From positions 6,091,885-6,148,751 of the forward strand of contig NC_068996.1 of assembly GCF_001194135.2 (NCBI RefSeq): 56,867 nucleotides of DNA, in the 5' to 3' direction. Positions within the stretch are counted from its first letter, which is position 1. The number at the start of each line of letters is the position of its first letter. Below are positions 45,382 through 56,867 of the stretch, piece after piece. Made by a program: the position numbers and the translations under genes. The notes below the pieces were generated by a model. That model was not told the origin of the DNA, searched no databases, and saw only the letters and a program-made list of their open reading frames with translations. The stretch comes from Octopus bimaculoides (taxonomy: Eukaryota).

Positions 45382-48300
45382 TGTATGTATGTATGTATGT
45401 ATGTATGTATGCATGTATGTATGTATGTATGTCAGAACCTCTTGGTTCTGTGGTAACATGGAATCCAGTACAACTGTCAGATGTTCAGGCCATTGGCAAC
45501 TAAATTGGTGAGCAATCCTACCAAGTCTACTTGACACGGAGAGTAGTCTCTATTAGATAACCTACAGGATGAAAAATAAAACCTGTCAAAGGACAAATGG
45601 ACTCAGTATAGCCAAAGGCCATACGGCAGCTGAGAGTTAGAGATCCCTTGTCTTTGTTTAGATACATCATCATCATCATCATCATCATTATCATCCTTTA
45701 ATGTCCATCTTCCATGCTGGCATGGGTTGGATGGTTTGACCAGAGCTAGCAAGCCAGAGAGCTGCAGCATGTTCCAGTCTGATTTAATTTGGTTTCTATA
45801 GCTGGATGCTCTTCATAACATCAGGAGAAAAATATTCCAAAATAGCACCCACTTCACTGCAAAGCTGGAGATCTTGCTGTTTCTTGTTTCTGGACTATTT
45901 GGTTTTGTAGAGCTTCATCACTCATTAACAAGATGAGGTTGCCATTTACCTCGAAAATTACTTCCATCTGATGTGCAAAGTTAAGCCACTGTGCATACCA
46001 TCATGGTTTCAACTGTTGCCCAATGACCAATTTGTACAGGTGGAAATGTAGGTCTTCATGCAAAATACGCCTTACCAATCGATTACCAATGCCAAGTGGA
46101 ATGACTCTGAGCAGAGTGATTCGTACTCTGTATCAAAGCTTTCTGATGCATTCTACATTTTCCGGGGTCTGTACTGTTTGTGGCACCCCCACCTGTCTCC
46201 TATTCATTAGTGTACCTCGTGTATGAAGCGCATTCACCCAATGTAAAATTGTGTTATGGGTGGGAACAGCCTGATTTTGATGAATGTTGAAGTGGCACTG
46301 AAACTCATGCTGTATGTATGTATGTTTGTATGAATGTGAATGTGTGTATATGTATGTGTATGTATGTATGTAAGTATGTGAGTATGTATGTATGTATTTA
46401 AGCGAGCTGTGCGAAAGTGCACGGCTCGTATAGTGAATGGGGAAAGCTTAATCTGCAATGTTTGTGGTCGTGTGTGCTTGTCAAGAGCAGGGCTCATTAG
46501 TCACCAACAGAGCCGTAAATGCAAAATGTAAGTTGGTACTGGAGCGCAGAATGTTCCTGAAGGTCGGCAATGGTCTTCCTTGGTCACGAGTGGACAGCCA
46601 TCATCATGTATGTATGTATGTGAGGATGTATGAGTGAGTATTTATGTATGTATTCTCATGCATTACACATCTAGACATGTTCATATATATTTAAATGATA
46701 AATGTTTTATAAACTTTTACAGTTCCAGTGATGGTATGGATCTGTAGTCTTTGAATCAGCTTTCTCTTTTTTGGTTTTGAGAACCCTAATTTCTCAAGGT
46801 TGATTTTTAGGCAGTGTGTTACATATCCCACAGCCCCAATAATTACAGGTATAAACCTGAACTTGTAATCTGGATAGAGTAACTGCAGATTTCTCAATAG
46901 TTCAGCATAGGTGTTCTCTTTTTCACTGATCTTCAGCTTTATGCTAACACCCGTCGGGCAGCAAATTTCCACAACTGTGCACAGTTTCTCTTCTCTATCC
47001 CAAATCATTATATCAGATCTGTTGTGTTTACATGTTATTGAAGTCTTCACTGGAACATTCCACCAGTATTCCTTTTCAGTGTGGCTTCTACCATATTATG
47101 AGTTCTTATTTCTTTGTCCTTGGGGTTATCCTTCTGATAGATTTCATTATAGAGTGTCCTAGCTACAGCATCATGTATGTATATATGTTATGTATGTATG
47201 TATGTATGTACGTATGTATGTATGTATGTATGCATGCATGCATGTATGTGTGTGTGTATGTATGTATGCATGCATGTATGTGAGGCAAATCAAAAATTAA
47301 AACAAAAGAACAAAAGTCAAAAGGGTGTACACAGTGAATGTCTTAGATTGAGGCTCAGTTTAAGAGGGAAAAACGAAGAGGCAGGGGTGACGTTTCAAGC
47401 ATGGCTCTTCATCAGAAAGAGGAAAAAGGGAAGTTCTGGAGAGAAGGGAAAGAATACTCCGAGAAAAGCAAGCAAGTATGTTGTTACATGGCTGAAAAGA
47501 CTGGAAGTAGAGAGATGTAGAGAAAGTGGGTTTTGAAGGCAGGAGAGTGCAAAAATTGCCAGTGTGTGTGTGAGCATGCATGTGTGTATGTGAGTGTGTG
47601 TGTGTACGAGCACATGCGTGCATGTGTGTGTGTGAGTGTGTAGTAGTAGTAGTATTATCTGTGTGTGTGTTTCTTTGTGTTTATGTGTAAAGGAGTAGTG
47701 TTGACAGGTTAGTAGCAGTAGTTAGATTTGGTGGTGTGTGTGTGTGTGTGTGTGTGTGTAAGTTTAATTGTGTCAATAAAATAGCACTAATCCAATGTAG
47801 TAGAATAGAGGGAAGCTTGCCATATTTCTTCCCGGCTCCTTGTGTAGGTGAGAATCCAAATCCCACTGTAAGCCAACGCACTGCTCTGATGCAAGCATTC
47901 CTCCTTCTATTCCATCAGGATCAGAGACTCTGTAAAGGATCACAAACAAGAGGCTGAGATTCTCATGGCCAGGACATATTTCATCATAAGTCTGTTTGGT
48001 CAGCACTGACCAGCAGCTATAATGGAATTGAAGGTTCATGATACCTGTGGAGTACCACCCTTCTTCCATTACAATTATTTTCTGTAGTCTTAGGATCTGG
48101 AACTCAAAGAAGAAGCTTACACGCAGATGGAATTCAATGGTTGTTTATTTTAGTTCTCATTCATGTGACTCATTCCCAGTGACCATCTTTATGGCATCAT
48201 GTGGTTCGTTATTTCTTCACTCATGTGTACCTCTGGAGATAACTGGTGAAGTTAGAGCAGGATAAGAATCCATTGTGAGCTGCCAACTTGCAGTGTTTCT

Positions 48301-51300
48301 CAGCGTAAGCAAGAAGGAAGAGAGAGAGTGAATGCCTTAATATTCCTGCTTAAATAGTTGTTGCCGACAAGAGTCTCGCTGCGGTCTCGCGCATGGCAAA
48401 TGGTTGTAGGCAAGATCTCGCTCTTGTCTCGGACATGGTAATAGCTGCCGGCGAGATCTCATACAAAATCACGCTGGCTTCTTGTGTCACACTACACAAC
48501 CAAACAACAACAGCATCAACAACTCCGCTATAAACCTGCAATAAATAGTTTTCTTTCTTTAAAATGTCTTATAGCAAAATTCAATAAAAAGAACTATATC
48601 TTACAGTATATGTTGAAATTAAGGTATCATATCTTGCAATAATATCTCTGATCTCATGGAATTCATCACAAGAATTTAAGATCTTTTGCATGAATAAGCA
48701 AAATTTGTGATAAAGTTTCTGCCTCTTTTTCAGTTGGTTATTTACAATGATCAGATTCCGTAAATCATCTTGAAATCTTAAAAAGAGAAATGGGAATAAA
48801 TAAAATAAGTAATATAAATATAGCAAAAAAAAATACAACAATGAAAAGGCAAAATGGTTTTGAAAATGGTGGCAGTGTGAGTGGTGGTGGAGTGTCTAAC
48901 ACATCAAGTCAGTCATAAGCCTACAGGGTCATTAGACAAGATCTTAGCCAGTTTCCATGATGTATAACAGAACGAGAGTACAGTATTCCTGCTTGCTGTT
49001 ATTGTTAATCATTTCACTGGTCTGCATTTGGGAATATTTTATTTTTATTTTTATTCATGGATATGATCTCACATATTCCTGAGTTGCTGATTTCAGATGT
49101 CTAAACCATTTTGCTCTATCACATAAGGGTTTTCAATAAAATATAAATTAATGATTATAAAAATTTTGCATTTTTGATATAAATTATTACTTTATTAAAC
49201 GAAGCAAATAACCATGGAAAAGCATATTTTGTTAGTTTCAAGAACACGAAATGACTCATGTTCATTATGAAATGAATCACGAATCATCAACATCAAATCA
49301 AATGAATGTAAGAAAAATGTGTTCCAAATGGTTAGCCTACATATTGATTCAAAGGAAGGAGGACCGCCTTGAATTCCACTTGTGCTGTGCATCCGGACCA
49401 TTATGTTTCAATGACCAGCAGTAATCTGCCATCATGCTGACATTCCATTTGCCCTGGTATTGAGTTTCCATGGTGAAAATATACTGATGGAATCTTTCTC
49501 CTTGTTCCTCACTGTAGTCCTCACATTTCTTCTTGGGAAAATAGTCAAAATGTGAGTGCTAAAAGTGCATCTTGACACTCATTCTTGACACAAGTTTTTG
49601 GAAACTTGATATCGGGTCTTGGATCATTTTTTCATATTCTGGGGAATGGATATTTCCCAAGAAGTTTTGGACAATCTGCTTGAAGGAAAATCAGGCATTC
49701 ACCTTGACACCTGCTAATGCTTCCTCAAAATGTTTGCCTTCACTTATCTGAAGAAACTTTGACTCCAGGTACTTGAAAGCAGCTCCATTCTGGTTCAGAG
49801 CCTTCACAAAATTTTTCATAAGCCCTAATTTGACGTGGAAGATTGCAGCAAAATTTTCTTGGGGGTCACCTAGTGGCACAGCTTTCACATTGTAATTTTC
49901 AGGTAAGAAGCTGGTTCTTGGTGACCAGTCTTTTTGTTCATAGTGCTGGCTGTCTGCCCAACCATCTCAAAGACAAAGGAAACAGAGACATTTGGCATAT
50001 CCCCTTGAAGACCTTCTAGGACAGCAATAACTTTTAAATTACTACAAATGAGAAAACTGTGATTATGGTACTTGACGGCAGTTATTAGTGACTTCATATT
50101 TTCATAAGTTTCTAACATTTGGACACTGTGGCCAATTGGTATAGATGCAGCTGTGTTGCCATTGTAGAGAAGAACAGCCTTTAAACTTCTGCTAGAAGAA
50201 TCAACGAAGCACCTCCATTCATCTGCTTTGTATGACATCTCCATGTGTTCAATAAGGCCAGAAATATTTGAACATAAAACTGAAGAATCCCGTTTCTCAA
50301 AGAACTGAGTGAATTTTGCTTCACGATGATGATACCAAGTGAATGTTGTTCCAGCAGCTAGAAGCCTGTGTTCTTTCAGTTGAGAGTCAAGTAACTATGC
50401 ACTTTCTTTTGGATGGTAAAGGTCTCTCACCAAGTCACTGATCTCAACTTGGTTGAAAAGTTTGGGATTGTCATTTGTTGGTGGTTCATAGTCTACTTCC
50501 ATCTCATTAGTATCACTAGTATTAAACTCTGATGAAATTCCCCATGTCTCACAGGTGGCACAGGTACAGGAATATCATGAGTGTGGAACAGGCCTTATTG
50601 CTGACAGAATATTTGAGCATATTATGTAATCCTTAGTCTTCTTGTTGAATCCAGCTACTTTAGTCATACAGAAATAGCAGTCATCATGGTGGTTCATCTG
50701 CTCCTGCTATACCATTGTTACTCCAAAGGGCATACATTTCAGTTTTCCAATGAACCACATTTGGAGTTTACTAATGCAACTCTTGCAAGGTTTGTGAGGT
50801 GCAAATGGCTTGCCCTGGTCTCCCAGTTTTCAGCCAAAATAAGCTAAATAGCAGCGCTTCAACAAAGGAGCAATATTACTCCAGGAATCTGAAGGGGTGA
50901 ATTGCCCACAGACTTAGCAAAATGTCTGGTAAACTTATGCGGCCTCTAGACACATTCACAATCTGAAAATAAAGAAAAATACATTAGATTTAATATTTAA
51001 GTCAATATATGGTAAACATTTTCTTGATAATATACTTTATACAGAGAGAGAGAAAAGTAATGTTTCTGTATAACTTGAGAATCTGATGTGATAGAGATGA
51101 ATAAAAAAAAAACCCATAAATTACTATTTATCATATATATTTCAAAAAAGATACCATACAGTCAATAAAAAATCATGCAGACCAGTGTTTTCAGAAGTAT
51201 TGGTTAAGAAATTTGCTTGTTAACCAAGTGGTTACAGGTTCAGCCACACTGCATGGCATTTTGGACAAAACCAAAGCCTTATGAGTGGAGTTGGCAGATG

Positions 51301-53509
51301 GAAACTGAAAGAAGCCTGTTATGTATGTATATGCATATATATATAATTATATGTATGTGTACATGTATGTATATATAAGTATATACACACAGGGTTGGAC
51401 AAAAGTCACCTGACAGTAAATCAAAATTCCATAAATACTTAATATTCAATTTTATTTATTCATTCCAATTATGAATGTTTAATAATTGGATGCCGTGAGT
51501 TAAAAATCACCATTTTTTTTTCAACATTTGTCTATTTATTAGCAAAGTCTCATATGAAATAATTTTTGTTTTAATCTTGAAATTAAATGGGTTTTGATTT
51601 ATTTCAGGTGACTTTGGCCAACTCTGTATATTAAAGGATAAAATTAATGCCTGGTCATTGAGTGACCAATAGTTTTGCATCTACAAAGGCTGTAACTTTG
51701 TGGATGATTCATCAGGTTCTAGTTCAAAGACAAATCTAATTGACATATTCTTTCAATGTGTCCTTCAACTAAGCATCCACGAACTCAGACATCCCAAATT
51801 AAAGAAGGATTTACAACCAAAAGCCCTACCATACATCTCCACCCCCCCTCTTAACAATGAAGCCTTCGACACCATCCTTCAAAACATTCCCCTGCTAAAA
51901 AAGGACCACAGAATGAACTTAATCCTCCAAACACACACCATTATAAAAAGCAAGAGACAACCCAAATCTATGAAAAATCAGTAAAAAAATGCAGAAGACC
52001 CAACAGTGGGATATGTGTCAATTTAATTGAGGGATCAGAGTTCTCCTTCAAACAGGGACAACGTTTCACAGTGAAAAGCAACGTCACATGTGCTTCGGAG
52101 AACCTGATATATGCACTAACCTGCTCTGGGTGTCAAGAGCAATACATAGGCCAAACAAAAAACAGTCTACGTAAAAGGATGGCTCTGTACAGATTCCAGA
52201 TCAAAATTCCCCAAAACAGGAAAATTGCATTCAGCCAACACATTGACATTTGCACCAATAACAAAAATCCAAGCTTCAGAATTTTTCCCTCTACCAATTC
52301 AGTAAAGAGACTCTCTTTATTACAAAATACAGACCCCTTTTGAACACATCTACAACAAACGACATATCCACCACGGCCTTAGAATGACACAAACACACAC
52401 GCAAATATTAAAAATGATACATTCAAGAGATTCCCAAGAATTCATTAAAAAACAGTCCCAATCACTCCTATAATCCATAACGAGCCACTTTTAGGTCACT
52501 TGACCATTTAACATCATACCACCTACATTCCTTCTTATTCTCCCTTCTCTTTCTCCTTCTTCTTCTTCTTCCTCTCCACCACCTCTTTCCTAACTTTACC
52601 ACTATTCCTGTTTAGAATAACATGGACACAAAACATTCAAAAGAGATGTCTCAAGAATTCAATCACTACTACCATCCACAAGTCGCTTTCAGGGCACTTG
52701 ACCATTTAACATCCTACTACTATCATGGCATTCCTGCATTCTTCTTCTCCCCCTCCTCCTTCTCCTTCTTCTTCTTCTTTTTCTTCTTCCCTGCCAAGAA
52801 TTCACAATGACCTCGAACCCACAAGAGTAAACAAGAGAGACAGAGACAGGCAGAAACAAGGAAAATGCCCCTTGTATTTTGAATATTCTTTTAAAAAACT
52901 TTTCTTTTAATTTTTCCAAAACTTAATTCTTTCCCATACTTACAGTTGAAAAAGTCTCAATGACTGAAACCGGTACTGAAATGTTTTTATAAAATTATTT
53001 TAGCATTTTCTACCTTGACTTTTTTTTCCATACAGAAAGCACTCAATCCACTCTGTGGAGTGGTTGGTGTTAGGAAAGGCATCCAGTCATAAAAAACCCT
53101 TCCAAAACAGACACTGTAGCCTGGTGTAGTCTTCTGCTTGGCCAGNNNNNNNNNNNNNNNNNNNNNNNNNNNNNNNNNNNNNNNNNNNNNNNNNNNNNNN
53201 NNNNNNNNNNNNNNNNNNNNNNNNNNNNNNNNNNNNNNNNNNNNNNNNNNNNNNNNNNNNNNNNNNNNNNNNNNNNNNNNNNNNNNNNNNNNNNNNNNNN
53301 NNNNNNNNNNNNNNNNNNNNNNNNNNNNNNNNNNNNNNNNNNNNNNNNNNNNNNNNNNNNNNNNNNNNNNNNNNNNNNNNNNNNNNNNNNNNNNNNNNNN
53401 NNNNNNNNNNNNNNNNNNNNNNNNNNNNNNNNNNNNNNNNNNNNNNNNNNNNNNNNNNNNNNNNNNNNNNNNNNNNNNNNNNNNNNNNNNNNNNNNNNNN
53501 NNNNNNNNN

Positions 53510-53541
<32 letters not shown>

Positions 53542-53937
53542 GTACATACATACATACTTATACACACAATGGACTTCTTTCAATTTCTGTCTACCAAATC
53601 CACACTGTTGAGGACACCATGGAATTCACATGACTACAAGCCCTGGGGTAGATGGTGAATCAGCTTCATGCTAGATGAGGGCGTTACTATGAAAGAGATA
53701 GGGTAGGGCAGATTCCTGCGGAGCAATCTACATAGTTACTCAAAAATACACACACACACATGTGCGCGCATACACAACGGGCTATTTTCAGTTTCTGTCT
53801 ACTAAATTCACCCAAAAGGCCCAACAGCAGCTGTTGCGTTAGTATGCTTACTTTGCTATCTCTCTCATTTTGCTTCTCTTCAGTTCACGTTGGTCATTTG
53901 CTTTTTTTATTGCTCGAATTCTCTTGGAATCATTTTC
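29855..53937 (-). CDS. CCDC42: CCDC42/CFAP73-family coiled-coil protein, 3' part; join complement 53937-53852,48776-48605,42249-42175,38149-37992,35459-35366,29938-29855
   Basis: Six GT-AG exons with matching phases (0/2, 2/0, 0/0, 0/2, 2/0, 0/stop) give a 669-nt open frame: [14 protein letters not shown]..., [58 protein letters not shown]. These match CCDC42 ENDQKRIRAMKKAN / EIHEVIARYKTL / EILQQNNELARLQ / QNTAAKK..GTIKMATLNLF. CCDC42 versus CFAP73 orthology cannot be resolved without a tree. Confidence 0.88.
31141..31550 (-). mobile_element. RTE 3'-tail repeat with internal tandem subunits
   Basis: Same family as 12600-12930. Confidence 0.85.
33040..33682 (-). mobile_element. Internally deleted mariner element
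   Basis: Perfect inverted ends tattgggttgtccggaaagt / actttccggacaacccaata including TA. The minus strand from 33454 encodes the transposase N-terminus [37 protein letters not shown], then joins the TIR. Confidence 0.92.
33955..34090. repeat. (GATA/GACA)n microsatellite
   Basis: Direct reading. Confidence 0.95.
34428..34872 (+). repeat. Second copy of the duplicated segment at 26947-27406
   Basis: Collinear, with few substitutions and indels. Confidence 0.85.
35366..35459 (-). CDS. CCDC42: CCDC42-like exon ([14 protein letters not shown]...LEELNC)
   Basis: ctaattgcag acceptor, gtaagt donor, phase 2/0. Confidence 0.88.
36190..37290 (+). mobile_element. RTE LINE reverse-transcriptase remnant
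   Basis: [24 protein letters not shown], ..VDSFCYL, ..GVQERRL remnants with many stops and frameshifts. Confidence 0.8.
37992..38149 (-). CDS. CCDC42: CCDC42-like exon ([17 protein letters not shown]...SGQIQM)
   Basis: ccaattcag acceptor, gtgtgt donor, phase 0/2. Confidence 0.9.
38240..38440. repeat. (GAT/AAT/GGT)n microsatellite
   Basis: Direct reading; source of the poly-M/I/S ORFs. Confidence 0.95.
38440..39100 (+). mobile_element. R4/Dong-like RLE non-LTR retrotransposon 3' remnant
   Basis: Zn-knuckle remnant C..C...[19 protein letters not shown], then [11 protein letters not shown]...[11 protein letters not shown]...CYI (PD-(D/E) RLE motif). Confidence 0.8.
39150..40320 (+). mobile_element. 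Second R4/Dong-like RLE 3' remnant interrupted by a SINE
   Basis: [69 protein letters not shown]. Confidence 0.8.
39833..40066 (+). mobile_element. SINE family M, full length
   Basis: ggcggtgagctggcag head; 13-bp TSD aagttgaagagac at 39820-39832 and 40067-40079. Confidence 0.92.
40345..40910 (-). mobile_element. Cluster of three tandem SINE family M copies
   Basis: Repeated aaaggcaaagt(c)gac(c)t..ggcagaattt..actcagaac blocks at ~40430, 40575, 40805. Confidence 0.7.
42175..42249 (-). CDS. CCDC42: CCDC42-like exon ([25 protein letters not shown])
   Basis: tttttttcag acceptor, gtgagt donor, 25 codons. Confidence 0.87.
44940..45344. repeat. Near-perfect long inverted repeat (199-bp arms, 7-nt spacer); foldback/MITE-like
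   Basis: Arms 44940-45138 and 45146-45344, ~5 mismatches counted by eye. Confidence 0.95.
45830..46310 (-). pseudogene. Tc1/mariner transposase N-terminal remnant
   Basis: [49 protein letters not shown]. Confidence 0.7.
46680..47060 (-). mobile_element. RLE non-LTR retrotransposon C-terminal remnant
   Basis: [24 protein letters not shown]...KENTYAELL...[10 protein letters not shown]. Confidence 0.8.
48083..48496 (-). mobile_element. Possible solo LTR
   Basis: TGTAGT...ACTACA termini, internal TATTTAAGC and AATAAA in LTR order; no TSD found. Confidence 0.4.
48605..48776 (-). CDS. CCDC42: CCDC42-like exon (FQDDLRNL...[19 protein letters not shown])
   Basis: tctttttaag acceptor, gtaaga donor. 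Confidence 0.92.
49015..51187 (-). mobile_element. Chapaev3-like (CMC) DNA transposon, full length, decayed transposase
   Basis: Perfect 13-bp TIR cactggtctgcat/atgcagaccagtg with ttt on both flanks. Minus-strand motifs: [76 protein letters not shown]. The family name comes from my recall of these motifs. Confidence 0.8.
51390..51628. mobile_element. Tc1/mariner-like MITE
   Basis: cagggttggacaaaagtcacctga ... tcaggtgactttggccaactctg|TA: imperfect TIRs. Confidence 0.6.
51720..52400 (+). mobile_element. Penelope-like element GIY-YIG endonuclease remnant
   Basis: [33 protein letters not shown]...SQHI; frameshifted. Confidence 0.8.
53852..53937 (-). CDS. CCDC42: CCDC42-like exon ([29 protein letters not shown])
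   Basis: tttattacag acceptor, gtaagc donor. Confidence 0.92.
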
Positions 53938-54134
53938 CTGTAATAAAATAGGACAGATGAAAAAGATATAAGACAAACAGAAAAAGTGAAAGATAATGAT
54001 GGGGGGGGNNNNNNNNNNNNNNGGGGGGGGGGGAGACTTGGATCAGCAGGAAGGAAAGGAGGGAGGAGTGGGGAAAGGTGGAGAAAACGAAATACATATC
54101 TTTGAACAATAAATCTGAACACAATCACTATCAT

Positions 54135-54179
<45 letters not shown>

Positions 54180-54894
54180 AAGTGAGATGTGGGCATTATG
54201 AAGAGGGAAGAACATCAATTGGCTACAACATAAATAGCCATGGAAAGACCCATGTTGTTATCATCATCATTGTTTAAGGTCCGCTTTCCATGCTAGCATG
54301 GGTTGGACGATTTGACTGAGGACTGGTGAACCAGATGGCTGCACCAGGCTCCAATCCGATTTGGCAGAGTTTCTACAGCTGGATGCCCTTCCTAATGGTA
54401 CTGGCAATGGCCATGCTCAAAAAGGTATTTTTTATGTGCCACCTGCACGGGAGCCAGTCCAGCGGCACTGGCAATGACCTCACTCGAATGATTTTATAAT
54501 GTGCCACCAGCACAAGTGCTAGAAGGCAACGCTAGTAACAATTACGCTCTAATGGTGCTATTTACGGACCACTAGCACGGAAGCCAGACAGCTGCTCTAG
54601 CAATGAACACGCTCGGACAGGGCTGTTAGTGCTCCACTGGTGCGGTGCCAGTCATCGAGTATGGTTCAATTACGATTTCACTTGCCCAATAGGAATATCA
54701 CTGCAAGAGCAGATCCAAAATGAAGTAATTCAAAAACAGAGCAGAGCAAATGACATGATCACTGAATACTGATTGTGGTCAGAGAAGGTCACAGCCAAGA
54801 AAGAATTAGAAGCACATTGTGACCTGTAGTGTATAACAACATTTGATAATCTGGTTGATACAGAGATACATTGATATATATATATATATATATC

Positions 54895-55100
54895 TGTGTG
54901 CAAGAGAGAGGACTGCCTTGGTTTTGCCATGCGATGTGTATAGATGAGGATAGTTGCGTAAAGAAGTACTGAGCTCTAATTGAGGAGGGAATCTGTAGTA
55001 GGGGTAGACCTAGGAAGACATGAGCACTAGTGTAGCTAGAGTCTGTGCCACCTAGGGCGGCCCTTCTGTTTGTCGCCTCCAGACTCCACAAAAAACACAT
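54895..55100 (+). mobile_element. RTE C-terminal fragment
   Basis: CVQERGLPWF.H.M..DEDSCVKK...GRPRKT*. Confidence 0.7.
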
Positions 55101-56452
55101 ATTGCCTACAGCAGACCCAAAAGTGCCACCCCTTTTTCAGATGCTGGACCTGGCTGAGGAAATGACAACGACTGGAAGTTAGGGTGATTTACTGTGCTTG
55201 AGAAGACACATCAAGCTAAGTAGAATTGTGATCATCTATACATTCAGGCATGTCCTTTACAGGTCCCAATGCCATGTAAAATGCACTCATTCTGGTACAG
55301 CAAAGATGCACTTGTGCTAGTGAGTGTAAAAAGCACCAAGTACACTTTGTAAAGTGGTTGGCATTAGGAAGGGTACCCAGCTGCAGAAACCATGTCACAA
55401 CAGACAATTAGAGTTTGAACAGCTCCCCAACTGGCCAGCAACAGTCAAACCATCCAACCCATGCATAAAAAATGGACATTAAATGATGATGATCACACAC
55501 ACATACATATAAAGAAATATCTCTAAATAAATCTGAGTGATGTTTCTGTCTGTTACATTTTTATGTTCGTTAACTCCTCCTAGACTGTTAATGCAAAGAC
55601 AACGAAACTCAAACCAGCAACTCCCCTAATCCCAGTGGATGTCCTAAGGGGGTCTATTTTTTTAAAGGCCGCATAAGTGAGGCCCCACTGACCACCCTGT
55701 TTTACTGCATTTTAAACTAAATACATGGCACTGGTGACCAAATCGGAGCAGTGACAAGGAATTTCATACCATGAACCCTCAGGGAGTATCGTAAGGAGGT
55801 TCAATTTCTGAAGGGCCACTTAAATGGGGCCCCACTGATCTCCCTATTTTTACTGCATTTAAATCGCTCCTATGCTTATTGATTAAACTATGATCAGCAT
55901 CAGTTCTTAGTACATTTGCAGAAATAGGTTTGGGGATTCTAAATACCTTCACGTACATTCAAATCGAGATAAAGATTTATAACAGGTATGTTTCAAGTGT
56001 GTCAGTGTGGATATTTATATTTTGTAGTTTATGAAACTTATGTCTAGGTGGAAAACTAATCTTCCTGTTCCGGTTACAGTATCCCCCTAAAGATTTGTAA
56101 CAAAAGATAGAATGAGATTGAGATGAAATGGATCCTATTCATTTAATCTCAATCTCATTTTTAATATTTTTTTCAGAAATGGTGAAATGATGGAAAAATT
56201 ATGATAGTTGTGATAGTCTTACATTTCACTTGCTTAGAACGAATGGAGGTTCAAGTCTAAAGATATGAAGGGAATTAATTACTACAGAGAGTTTGGAAGT
56301 ACATATAACTCTGTGGAAGTGTTGCAAATTTTCATCGTCAGAATAAAATGAAAAGAAAAAAAAACATGGAAAATGGATCCTGAAGGCCTCAAAAGTGCCC
56401 TCCGTAGGAGCCAGCTTGAATGCTNNNNNNNNNNNNNNNNNNNNNNNNNNNN

Positions 56453-56832
56453 GCTCAAATAGCACCATTCAAGTGTGATTGTTACCAGTGTCGCCTTCCT
56501 GGCACTTGTGCCAGTGACATGTGAAAAGACATTCGAGTGAGATTGTTGCCAGTGCTGCTGGACTTGCTCTTGTGCAGGTGGCACATAAAATACACCATTT
56601 TGAGCGTGGCCGTTTGCCAGTCCCACATGACTGGCTTTCGTGCCGGTGGCACATAAAAGCACCCATTACACTCTCGGAGTGGTTGGTATTAGGAAGGGCA
56701 TCCAGTTGTAGAAACTGTGCCAGATCAGATTGGAGCCTGGTGCAGCCATCTGGTTTGCCAGTCCTCAGTCAAATCGTCCAACCCATGCTAGCATGGAAAG
56801 TGGATGTTAAATGATGATGATGATGATGATGA

Positions 56833-56835
<3 letters not shown>
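56453..56835 (+). mobile_element. RTE 3'-tail repeat ending in (GAT)n
   Basis: Same family as 4965-5329. Confidence 0.85.

Positions 56836-56867
<32 letters not shown>

Overview
AT-rich, intron-dominated eukaryotic DNA with several N gaps. The microsatellite density and the SINE/RTE-LINE repeat families resemble octopus (coleoid cephalopod) genomes; this taxonomic call is an inference. Two convergent multi-exon genes are recovered, both with their 5' ends outside the window. (1) On +, the 3' part of THOC5 (THO complex subunit 5) has 9 visible coding exons from 1446 to the stop at 23272; one further exon is missing and probably lies in the gap 12966-13724. (2) On -, a divergent CCDC42/CFAP73-family coiled-coil gene has 6 coding exons from 53937 to the stop at 29855. 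The rest is transposon-derived: RTE LINE fragments and their (CAT)n 3' tails, several tRNA-derived SINE families, R4/Dong-like and CRE-like RLE retroelement remnants, a Penelope-like GIY-YIG fragment, mariner/Tc1 remnants, piggyBac-like and pogo-like MITEs, a putative non-autonomous Helitron, and a full-length decayed Chapaev3-like DNA transposon with TIRs and TSD. The most unusual non-genic structures are a ~1.2 kb asymmetric foldback element built around a two-unit minisatellite, a near-perfect 199-bp-arm palindrome in a CCDC42 intron, and paired local duplications bracketing the last CCDC42 exons. Almost all long ORFs in the supplied track are artefacts of N runs or microsatellites. I found no convincing novel protein-coding system.
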